From contig CAVWVQ010000003.1 of assembly GCA_963758525.1 (NCBI GenBank), forward strand, positions 3,584,001 to 3,648,000: a stretch of DNA of 64,000 nt, written 5' to 3'. Below the pieces are notes generated by a model. That model searched no databases. It was not told where the DNA came from and saw only the letters and a program-made list of their open reading frames with translations. Each line of letters begins with the position of its first letter. The stretch's first letter is position 1. Of this stretch, positions 9,849 to 16,676 are shown one piece after another. The position numbers and the translations under genes were made by a program. This stretch comes from an uncultured Phycisphaerales bacterium (GTDB lineage: Bacteria > Planctomycetota > Phycisphaerae > Tepidisphaerales > Tepidisphaeraceae).

Positions 9849-10850
9849 TCAAGCCGGCGGATTCGCCGGCAGCGTCCGCAGAAAGAACTCGATCCAGTTT
9901 CCCCCAAGAATCGCGAGCACGTCCTGATCCGCGAAACCCGCACTGGCCAATGCATCCTCGATTCGAGGCAGATCCGCGGAAGTGCGGATTTCGATGGGGA
10001 TTTGATCGCGGCCCAGCCCGCCGTCCATGTCGGTGCCGATGCCGACATGGCGGGCGTTGCCGATCACATCGCACATATGCCGCAGGTGAGCGACGACGTC
10101 GCCGAGAGTGGCGCGGCGCTTGCCGTATTGGTCGGGCGGGACGAGAAACTTATCGAAGAAGTTGATGCCAATTACGCCCCTGCGCTGCGCGACGGCGCGA
10201 ATCATATCATCCGAGAGTTGCCGATCGGTCGGCACGATCGCCCGGCAGTTGGAATGCGACGCCATCATCGGGCCGCCGCTGGCGTCGAGAAGTTGCCAGA
10301 ATGATTCCTCCGCGAGATGGGAAAGATCGTGAATGATGTTGTGCCGATCGAGTGCTTTGACAAGCTCGCGTCCCGCTGGCGTGAGCGGACCGGGCATTCC
10401 AGTGCCGCCGGCATAACGCGTCTGCCGCCATGCGAGCCCGACGATTCGCAGGCCGGCGGCAACCCAGTCGGCGATTTCTTCAGGTGAGCGGAGAGGGTCG
10501 GCACCTTCCATCAACAGGATCGCGGCCTGGGCGGGATCGTTGCTCGCGAGGTCCGCGGGGCTGCGCACGAATCGCATGCGACCGGCTTGTTCCTGCCGCT
10601 GATACCAATGAAGGTGTTGCAAAGCCATCGCCCGCGCTTCGTCGGCGGTCCGATAGCCCTCGTGTTTCTCGTCAGCCGGAAGGCAAAAGATCGTTGCGCA
10701 AATCAGATCAACGCCTCCTGCGGACAAATCCGGCAAGCCGACGCTGGGAATATCATCCGGCTCGCCGATCTGCAGCGCCGCCGGCGCCAGCACGTCCCGG
10801 CCTCGCAGCGCGTTGTAGGAGAGATCGAGATGTGCGTCGACGATCCGCAT
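9849..10850 (-). CDS. Membrane/renal dipeptidase family (peptidase M19)
   Basis: IVDAHLD, LMEGAD, DLSHL, ASHSN and GIGTDMDG motifs. Confidence 0.9.
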   Translation of the reverse strand: MRIVDAHLDLSYNALRGRDVLAPAALQIGEPDDIPSVGLPDLSAGGVDLICATIFCLPADEKHEGYRTADEARAMALQHLHWYQRQEQAGRMRFVRSPADLASNDPAQAAILLMEGADPLRSPEEIADWVAAGLRIVGLAWRQTRYAGGTGMPGPLTPAGRELVKALDRHNIIHDLSHLAEESFWQLLDASGGPMMASHSNCRAIVPTDRQLSDDMIRAVAQRRGVIGINFFDKFLVPPDQYGKRRATLGDVVAHLRHMCDVIGNARHVGIGTDMDGGLGRDQIPIEIRTSADLPRIEDALASAGFADQDVLAILGGNWIEFFLRTLPANPPA

Positions 10851-10851
10851 C

Positions 10852-11859
10852 CTACGTCGAGCTCAGTCCGATCAGATGATCGACGACAGATCGCCCCAAT
10901 GCCCGCAGGTTGTAGCCCCCTTCGAGCACGCTGACGATCCTCCCATCGCAATGCCGGTTGGCGGATTCGACCAGCAGTTGAGTCATCCTCCAGAAACCGT
11001 CTTCGGTGAGATTGATTTGCGACAGCGGATCATCGCGATGGGCATCGAAACCGGCCGAAAGCAGCAGCACTTCCGGCTGAAAGCGGTCCAATGCGGGAAG
11101 AACGCTCTGTTCCATGACCCGAAGATAATCGCCGTCGTTGGAGCCCGGCTCGAATGGGAGATTGAGTGTGAATCCCTTGCCCGCGCCAACCCCGGTTTCT
11201 GATGCGTACCCGGTGCCGGGATAGCACGTTCGCGGATCCTGATGAAGGCTGATGAACAGCACGCTGTCGTCGGCCGCGAGCGCCGCCTGCGTCCCGTTGC
11301 CGTGATGCACGTCGAAATCGACGATCGCGACCCGGCCCGCGTCATGTTTCTGCCGCAGATATCGCGCGCCGATCGCCACGTTGGCGAAGAGACAGAATCC
11401 CATTGCCCGCTCCGGCTCGGCATGATGTCCAGGCGGCCGCACCGCGCAGAACGCCCGCCCGGCACTGCCTTCCATGACTGCGTCGCATCCGGCGAGTACG
11501 GCGCCGACCGCCAGGAGCGCGATCTCGAAACTGTCCTCGCACACGGGCGTGTCGCCTTCATCCAGCACCGAGTTGAGCGCGCAGGCATGCCGCACTCTCT
11601 CGATGTGCTCGGATGTGTGTACGGTGCGCAGCCAGGTTTCGTCGGCCGGCGCAGGCAGCGGCAGCTCGGTGAGCTTTTCCACGGCGCTGGGGAGTGTGCC
11701 AAAATCGAGATCGAGCCTGGCCAATGGATTGGGCGAATCGAGAAGCCCGGCCTCGCGCACCGCGGTTGCAATGGCCCGGATGCGATCGGGCCGCTCGGGA
11801 TGGCCGGGGCCAGTGAGGTGATCGACAAAACGAGGATGCGTGACAAAAGCGACCGACAT
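10852..11859 (-). CDS. Histone deacetylase family protein
   Basis: HPERPDR, RPPGHHA, GFCLF, DFDVHHGNGT, SAGFDAH and LEGGY motifs. The start is set at the ATG downstream of the REP. Confidence 0.93.
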   Translation of the reverse strand: MSVAFVTHPRFVDHLTGPGHPERPDRIRAIATAVREAGLLDSPNPLARLDLDFGTLPSAVEKLTELPLPAPADETWLRTVHTSEHIERVRHACALNSVLDEGDTPVCEDSFEIALLAVGAVLAGCDAVMEGSAGRAFCAVRPPGHHAEPERAMGFCLFANVAIGARYLRQKHDAGRVAIVDFDVHHGNGTQAALAADDSVLFISLHQDPRTCYPGTGYASETGVGAGKGFTLNLPFEPGSNDGDYLRVMEQSVLPALDRFQPEVLLLSAGFDAHRDDPLSQINLTEDGFWRMTQLLVESANRHCDGRIVSVLEGGYNLRALGRSVVDHLIGLSST

Positions 11860-11870
11860 CTTGTTTTGTT

Positions 11871-11985
11871 CCCGTGGCACGGGCGTCACGCCCGTGTTGA
11901 GTGCGCGGAACAGAGAAAATCGCGATAGCCAGTCTCGTTTTCTGCTTTGCGCCGTTAGCACGGGCAGGATGCCCGTGACACGCGG
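11871..11985. repeat. REP-like doublet, family A
   Basis: GTGGCACGGGCGTCACGCCCGTG ... CACGGGCAGGATGCCCGTGACAC. Confidence 0.85.
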
Positions 11986-12012
11986 AGCGATTCAACAGAC
12001 CGCGCCAGCCTC

Positions 12013-13560
12013 TTATCGAGCAAGTCGATCTTCCATCACTTTCCGCATGGTGTCCAGCGGAGCGACTTGATCTGTCCACGCTTGGAATTGACTGGCCGCC
12101 TGGCGCAGAAACATTTCGACTCCGGAAATCGTCTTGGCGCCCGCGGCCTCGGCCTGCCGCAGGAACTTGGTGCGCTGCGGATTGTACACCGCGTCGAAGA
12201 CGAGCGTCTCGGCCGTAAAGTTGGCCGGCGATGTCCCCAGAGGGCTCGCGTTCACGTTCGGGTGCATTCCGACTGACGTTGTATTGATGTAAATGTGACA
12301 GCAACTGTCGCAGAGTTTGTCCATCGGCCCGGCAACAACCTTGCCGCTGCGCCCGGTGAATTCCGCTGCCAGTGCTTCGGAGCGTTCGTGCGTGCGGTTG
12401 TAGATGACGACCGTGGCGCCGTAATGAGCCAGGGCGGCGACGGCCGTGCGTCCGGTGCCTCCGGCTCCGATCACCGCAATGCGATAGTCCGCCAGTCGCT
12501 CGCGGGTGATTTGCAGCGCGGAGGTGATGCTGTCGAGGATGGCGGCATAGTCGGTATTCAGCCCGCGCAGGACGCCGGCGCTGTCGATCAGAATAGTGTT
12601 TACCGCCCCGATCCGGTGCGCCAGCTCCTCGACATCCGCATCGCGCTCCTTCAGATAGCGCAGAGCGTTTTCCTTGTGCGGAATCGTGATCGAAAGCCCG
12701 GAAAGGTGCAGCGGCTTAAACGCGAGGAACGATTCCATGAAAGCTTTGAAGCTTTCGTATCCTTCGTTGACGAGCAACGGGAGATAGACACCGTCGTAAC
12801 TGATGCGGTCAAACGCGGCGTTGTGGATGGCGGGGGACATTGAATGTGCGATGGGCGAACCAACGACGCCAAAGACTTTGGTCCTGGGTCCAAGTGCGTC
12901 CCAACGATAGAGGCGCTTCATGTCGGCGATGGTGATCTGTCCCGGAGCGCTTTCGTGGCCGCGATCGAACGACGCGAACGTGAGAAACGCACCGAATTTT
13001 TTTGCCAGCACCCGGCTGATCAGCCCTGCCTCGCCCATGCACAGGGCGATCGTCGGCTTCTGTTTTTGCTCGAGCAGCTCGAACGCTTCGATGTTGTCAC
13101 GAATCGTGCGAGCTTTCCACGCGATTTTGATGATCGGAGCGGGATGCGCGTTCATCTCCAGAATGCAGTTGCCCAGCCGATCCGGCCGGCCGTCAAAATC
13201 GTGGGAGCTGAGAATGACGGGCAGGTTCAGTGATCCCAGATCAACCGCCGAAGCGGCGGCCAGTTCAAAATCGACGTAAGCGGCTTGACCCTGGCTGAGA
13301 AGGGCGAGGAAGTCGAATCGCTCGCGATCATCGAGCCGGGAGCGGCCGCCTTCCCATGCTGGCCGGCATGTGAGAATGCACGGCAGCGGCGCCGTCCGAA
13401 GAAAGCCGCGAAGCGCGGTCAATGCCACGTCGTCGTCCCTGGGGAATTCGTCCAGCCTCAACTCGAGAACGTCGGCGCCGGCCTCGCTGGCGAGCAGCGC
13501 AGTGCGCTGGACCGCAACAATATCCGAAGTGACAAAGATAGGAACGCAGAGCCGTGTCAT
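12013..13560 (-). CDS. aroDE: Bifunctional type I 3-dehydroquinate dehydratase / shikimate dehydrogenase
   Basis: N-terminal ELRLD, SSHDF and APGQ (AroD); C-terminal HSMSPAIHN, TIPHK, GAVNT, NTD and GAGG (AroE). Confidence 0.93.
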   Translation of the reverse strand: MTRLCVPIFVTSDIVAVQRTALLASEAGADVLELRLDEFPRDDDVALTALRGFLRTAPLPCILTCRPAWEGGRSRLDDRERFDFLALLSQGQAAYVDFELAAASAVDLGSLNLPVILSSHDFDGRPDRLGNCILEMNAHPAPIIKIAWKARTIRDNIEAFELLEQKQKPTIALCMGEAGLISRVLAKKFGAFLTFASFDRGHESAPGQITIADMKRLYRWDALGPRTKVFGVVGSPIAHSMSPAIHNAAFDRISYDGVYLPLLVNEGYESFKAFMESFLAFKPLHLSGLSITIPHKENALRYLKERDADVEELAHRIGAVNTILIDSAGVLRGLNTDYAAILDSITSALQITRERLADYRIAVIGAGGTGRTAVAALAHYGATVVIYNRTHERSEALAAEFTGRSGKVVAGPMDKLCDSCCHIYINTTSVGMHPNVNASPLGTSPANFTAETLVFDAVYNPQRTKFLRQAEAAGAKTISGVEMFLRQAASQFQAWTDQVAPLDTMRKVMEDRLAR

Positions 13561-13586
13561 GCAATCGTCGCTGTTCAGGCACCAAC

Positions 13587-13652
13587 GTAGGGCGGGATTC
13601 ATCCCGCCGGCTCATCGCGGCAGACCGGTCGGCTGCACGAATCCCGCCCTGC
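13587..13652. repeat. GTAG-type REP doublet, family C (degenerate second half)
   Basis: GTAGGGCGGGATTCATCCCGCC ... GAATCCCGCCCTGC; full copies at 56893, 57105 and 57332. Confidence 0.8.
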
Positions 13653-13688
13653 ACAATCGCCGCCGCATGGCGACAACTCAGGGCGACT

Positions 13689-14543
13689 TCACGCTCCTAC
13701 CAGCGATTCGATCAATGCTTTAGTCGATTCGCTCGCTTCACACAGCGGCAGACGCAGCTCGCCGGAGTCGCGGCCGACGACTTTCATCGCGTGCTTGATC
13801 CCGACGGGATTGCCGTCGATGAACAACGAGCGAATCAGCGGGAAGAGTCGGTGATGGACGGAAGCGGCCTTCTTCAAATCGCCCGCCAATGCGGAGGCGG
13901 TCAGTGCTTTCACATCGGCCGGCAGCAGATTCGACACGACGCTGATCACTCCCTTGGCGCCGATCGACATGAGCGGAAGCGTCAGCGAATCATCGCCGCT
14001 GATGATGGCGATGTCGCAGAGCGACGCGATTTCGCTGGCCATGTCGAGCGATCCGGTGGCTTCCTTGATTGCGACGATGTTCGGGTGTTTTGCAAGCCGC
14101 GCGACGGTTTGGGCGGCCATCGTGATCCCGGTTCGGCCGGGAATATTGTAAAGCACGATCGGAAGATCGACCCGGTCGGCCAGCGTCATGAAGTGACGGT
14201 AGAGCCCTTCCTGCGACGGTTTGTTGTAATACGGATTAACGGACAATCCGGCGGTCGCACCAGTCTTGCGTGCGAAGGAATGAAGCTCAATCGCCTCGCT
14301 GGTGGCATTGGCGCCGACGCCGGCAATCACGGGAACGCGCCCCTTTACGGTCTGCACCGTGATTTCAATGACGCGTTCGTGTTCCTGGAACCCGAGCGTG
14401 GGGGATTCGCCGGTGGTGCCGACCGGGATCAGGCCGTCAATGCCTCCCTTGATCTGATATTCGATCTGCTCGCGCAGGCGAGCCTCGTCGAGGCGCCCTT
14501 CGTTGAAGGGGGTGATCATTGCCGTCATCGCGCCGCTGAACAT
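13689..14543 (-). CDS. dapA: 4-hydroxy-tetrahydrodipicolinate synthase
   Basis: GTTGES, PYYNKP, LYNIPGRT, IKEA and SGDD motifs. Confidence 0.96.
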   Translation of the reverse strand: MFSGAMTAMITPFNEGRLDEARLREQIEYQIKGGIDGLIPVGTTGESPTLGFQEHERVIEITVQTVKGRVPVIAGVGANATSEAIELHSFARKTGATAGLSVNPYYNKPSQEGLYRHFMTLADRVDLPIVLYNIPGRTGITMAAQTVARLAKHPNIVAIKEATGSLDMASEIASLCDIAIISGDDSLTLPLMSIGAKGVISVVSNLLPADVKALTASALAGDLKKAASVHHRLFPLIRSLFIDGNPVGIKHAMKVVGRDSGELRLPLCEASESTKALIESLVGA

Positions 14544-14590
14544 CGTTGATCCTTTCCGGAAGCCAAAGCATGACTATACGTGGCCGCAAG

Positions 14591-14752
14591 CGAGAAGCCA
14601 GAAGTCAGGGGGAAGGAGCCAGAAGCCAGGAGTCAGAAGTCAGGAGTCAGGAGTCAGTGTCCCGAAGATTCCTTCAGTCTTCTGTCTTTCACTCCTTGCT
14701 TCTGGCTCCTGGCTTCTGACTCCTGGCTTCTTGCCCCTGACTCCTGACTTCT
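14591..14752. repeat. Heptamer foldback array (AGRAGYC)n ... (GRCTYCT)n
   Basis: Tandem AGAAGCC/AGGAGTC/AGAAGTC units followed by their reverse complements. Confidence 0.85.
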
Positions 14753-14757
14753 TCCCT

Positions 14758-15471
14758 TCACTTGTTGATCAGCACCTTCATTTCCCGAACCGCTTCGCGC
14801 AAGCCGATGAAAACCGCCCGACTGACGATGGCGTGCCCGATGTTCAGCTCCGTCATGTCGGGAAGCGAGGCGATCGGGCCGACGTTGTGATAATTGAGAC
14901 CATGCCCGGCGTGAAGGCGCAGCCCGCGATCGCGAACAAGTTGGGCTCCGTTTGCGAGGCGGGCTAGTTCATCGATGATGCGAGCCGCATCGGCGTTGGC
15001 GTATTCGCCGGTGTGCAGCTCGATCGCGTCATACCCCTGGTCGGCGGCCGCGTCGATCTGCCTTTCGTCGGGGCCGATGAAAGCCGAAACAAATACGCCC
15101 GCGTCCTTGAGGCGCTTGACTGCGTCCCCGGATCGCTCGGCATGCGCGAGCAGATCGAGACCCCCTTCGGTGGTAATCTCCTCGCGGCGCTCCGGCACGA
15201 TCGTCGCCTGGTCAGGGAGCGTGCGCACGGCGATATCAACGATCTCCGGCACAAGGCTCATTTCCAGGTTGAGCTTGCAATGCACCGATCGGCGCAGCAG
15301 TTCCACGTCGCGATCATTGATATGCCGGCGATCTTCGCGGAGGTGCACAGTGATGCCGTCGGCTCCGCCGAGTTCCGCTTCAACGGCGGCCCAGACCGGA
15401 TCAGGTTCGTAAGTTTTCCGCGCCTGACGCAGTGTGGCAATGTGGTCGATGTTGACGCCAAGTTCGATCAT
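14758..15471 (-). CDS. pdxJ: Pyridoxine 5'-phosphate synthase
   Basis: LGVNIDHIATLRQAR, HLREDRRHI, TTEGG, ELHTG, AGHGL and ELNIGH motifs. Confidence 0.97.
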   Translation of the reverse strand: MIELGVNIDHIATLRQARKTYEPDPVWAAVEAELGGADGITVHLREDRRHINDRDVELLRRSVHCKLNLEMSLVPEIVDIAVRTLPDQATIVPERREEITTEGGLDLLAHAERSGDAVKRLKDAGVFVSAFIGPDERQIDAAADQGYDAIELHTGEYANADAARIIDELARLANGAQLVRDRGLRLHAGHGLNYHNVGPIASLPDMTELNIGHAIVSRAVFIGLREAVREMKVLINK

Positions 15472-15535
15472 TGCGGGGGATTGTAATGCGGGGATTGGGG
15501 GATGCCAGAAGGGGGGGAGAGGCAGGAAAAGACAA

Positions 15536-15657
15536 AGGAACGAAGGCACGGAGGCACGAAGGCACGAAGGGGAGGACGCTGCGCGGCGGCGGAGTGTATG
15601 TACTTCTTCCTGCCTTCCTTACCCTTCGTGCCTTCGTGCCTATGTGCCTTCGTGCCT
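15536..15657. repeat. Octamer foldback array (GGCACGAA)n ... (TTCGTGCC)n
   Basis: Tandem octamers with an inverted second arm; a second copy lies at 50846-51011. Confidence 0.85.
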
Positions 15658-15683
15658 TTCTCATTCTTCCCTCAATTTTGTTC

Positions 15684-15712
15684 TTGCAATTTCATGATTG
15701 GTTGGCAATAAT
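15684..15712 (+). promoter_or_regulatory. Putative sigma70 promoter of the leader-tRNA-rtcB transcript
   Basis: TTGCAA-17 nt-AATAAT in an AT-rich patch. Confidence 0.6.
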
Positions 15713-15747
15713 TCAACCTTAGCTTCGTTTGTGTCGAAAGAGGTAAC

Positions 15748-15837
15748 GTGCAACACTTGAGAATAACTATTAGCAGGGCCTGCCGGAAATCGCTTCAAGA
15801 GCGATTCGTCGGCATGGATCGACGCCCAGCGCACTGA
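15748..15837 (+). CDS. Putative leader peptide (29 aa, MQHLRITISRACRKSLQERFVGMDRRPAH)
   Basis: AAAGAGG SD 4 nt before GTG; six Arg codons of five kinds plus ATA, ATT, AAA, ATG and GAT; the stop overlaps alternative hairpins. Confidence 0.6.
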   Translation: MQHLRITISRACRKSLQERFVGMDRRPAH

Positions 15838-15940
15838 CTCCTCGCCTTTTCGGCCGGGAGTTCTTCCCGGCTGCCTGACACTTTTTTTTGTGATGCCCGG
15901 GAAGAATTGAATCGCAGCCGCGATCGCGCTGGCGGGCGTT
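15836..15940 (+). promoter_or_regulatory. Attenuator-like alternative hairpins with a T8 tract
   Basis: 15836-15846/15852-15862 competes with 15851-15859/15865-15873; T8 at 15882-15889. Confidence 0.5.
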
Positions 15941-15998
15941 CTTCGTTTTGTGGCTCGAAATGTCGGGGAAACAGGCGTTTCCCATTCGGAGATACTGC

Positions 15999-16070
15999 GC
16001 GCTGTTAGCTCAGAGGAAGAGCATTCCGTTGATAACGGAAAGGCCGGAGCGTCGAGAACTCCACGGCGCA
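15999..16070 (+). tRNA. tRNA-Ile(GAU) with an aberrant T arm (possibly pseudo or tRNA-like)
   Basis: Acceptor GCGCTGT/ACGGCGC, D stem GCTC/GAGC, anticodon arm TTCCG-TTGATAA-CGGAA. The T arm GGAGC-GTCGAGA-ACTCC lacks GTTCR. Confidence 0.8.
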
Positions 16071-16073
16071 TAC

Positions 16074-16147
16074 GCATCGATGGTCCAAATGGATAGGGCG
16101 CCGGACTACGAATCCGGACGATGGAGGTTCGACTCCTCCTCGATGCA
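16074..16147 (+). tRNA. tRNA-Arg(ACG)
   Basis: GCATCGA/TCGATGC acceptor, CCGGA-CTACGAA-TCCGG, GGAGG-TTCGACT-CCTCC, A20 present; no encoded CCA. Confidence 0.95.
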
Positions 16148-16164
16148 TTAGGTTGAGGCGAACT

Positions 16165-16200
16165 ATGGAACTCAGACGAAAACGGTGCTTCTGCAACTAG
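16165..16200 (+). CDS. Putative micro-ORF MELRRKRCFCN between the two tRNA-Arg genes
   Basis: GAGG SD 6 nt before ATG; run AGA CGA AAA CGG; TAG ends 1 nt before tRNA-Arg(UCU). Confidence 0.45.
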   Translation: MELRRKRCFCN

Positions 16201-16201
16201 A

Positions 16202-16275
16202 GCACCGGTAGCTCAACGGAACAGAGCAGCTCTCTTCTAAAGAGCTTGATGGGGGTTCGAATCCCTCCCGGTGCA
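16202..16275 (+). tRNA. tRNA-Arg(UCU)
   Basis: GCACCGG/CCGGTGC acceptor, GCTCT-CTTCTAA-AGAGC, GGGGG-TTCGAAT-CCCTC; no CCA. Confidence 0.95.
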
Positions 16276-16296
16276 TCGCAGCCTGCGGGCTGCCGC

Positions 16297-16369
16297 GCAC
16301 CGATAGCTCAACCGGCAGAGCTGCCGGCTTTTAACCGGAAGGTTGCGGGTTCGACTCCTGCTCGGTGCA
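16297..16369 (+). tRNA. tRNA-Lys(UUU)
   Basis: GCACCGA/TCGGTGC acceptor, CCGG-CTTTTAA-CCGG, GCGGG-TTCGACT-CCTGC; no CCA. Confidence 0.95.
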
Positions 16370-16371
16370 AA

Positions 16372-16445
16372 GGTTCGTTAGCTCAGATGGACAGAGCGCC
16401 GGCTTGTCACGCCGAAGGTCACGGGTTCGATCCCCGTACGGACCG
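16372..16445 (+). tRNA. tRNA-Asp(GUC)
   Basis: GGTTCGT/ACGGACC acceptor, G73 discriminator, CGGC-TTGTCAC-GCCG, ACGGG-TTCGATC-CCCGT. Confidence 0.95.
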
Positions 16446-16456
16446 CTGAAGAAAAC

Positions 16457-16530
16457 GGGAGCGTAGCTCAGCAGGCAGAGCGGGGGCCTCATAAGCCCCA
16501 GGCCGTTGGTTCGAATCCAACCGACTCCCA
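16457..16530 (+). tRNA. tRNA with CAU anticodon (Ile2 or elongator Met), bulged acceptor stem
   Basis: GGGAGCG/CG(A)CTCCC acceptor, GGGGC-CTCATAA-GCCCC, GTTGG-TTCGAAT-CCAAC. Confidence 0.88.
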
Positions 16531-16553
16531 TGTGCGCATGCGAAGAACGTCCC

Positions 16554-16658
16554 GTACCACGGGTTTCCAACCCGTGCGAGCAGCGCCAGAAGAAAGAAAT
16601 TAGTATTACCGGGCATTGGTCTACCACGCCAACTGCACGGGTTGGAAACCCGTGGTAC
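16554..16658. repeat. REP-like doublet, family B
   Basis: GTACCACGGGTTTCCAACCCGTG ... CACGGGTTGGAAACCCGTGGTAC; copies at 21765 and 52222. Confidence 0.9.
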
Positions 16659-16676
16659 GGTGTGTACGGGTGAATC

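Noticed and set aside
15719..15889. Y RNA (YrlA-like) gene; GTGTCGAAAG at 15731 could pair with GACAC at 15877
   Set aside because: Only 5 bp of end pairing, no clear T-arm module and no Ro60 gene in the window. The SD, ORF and hairpin reading explains the region better. An Rfam/Infernal scan would settle it.
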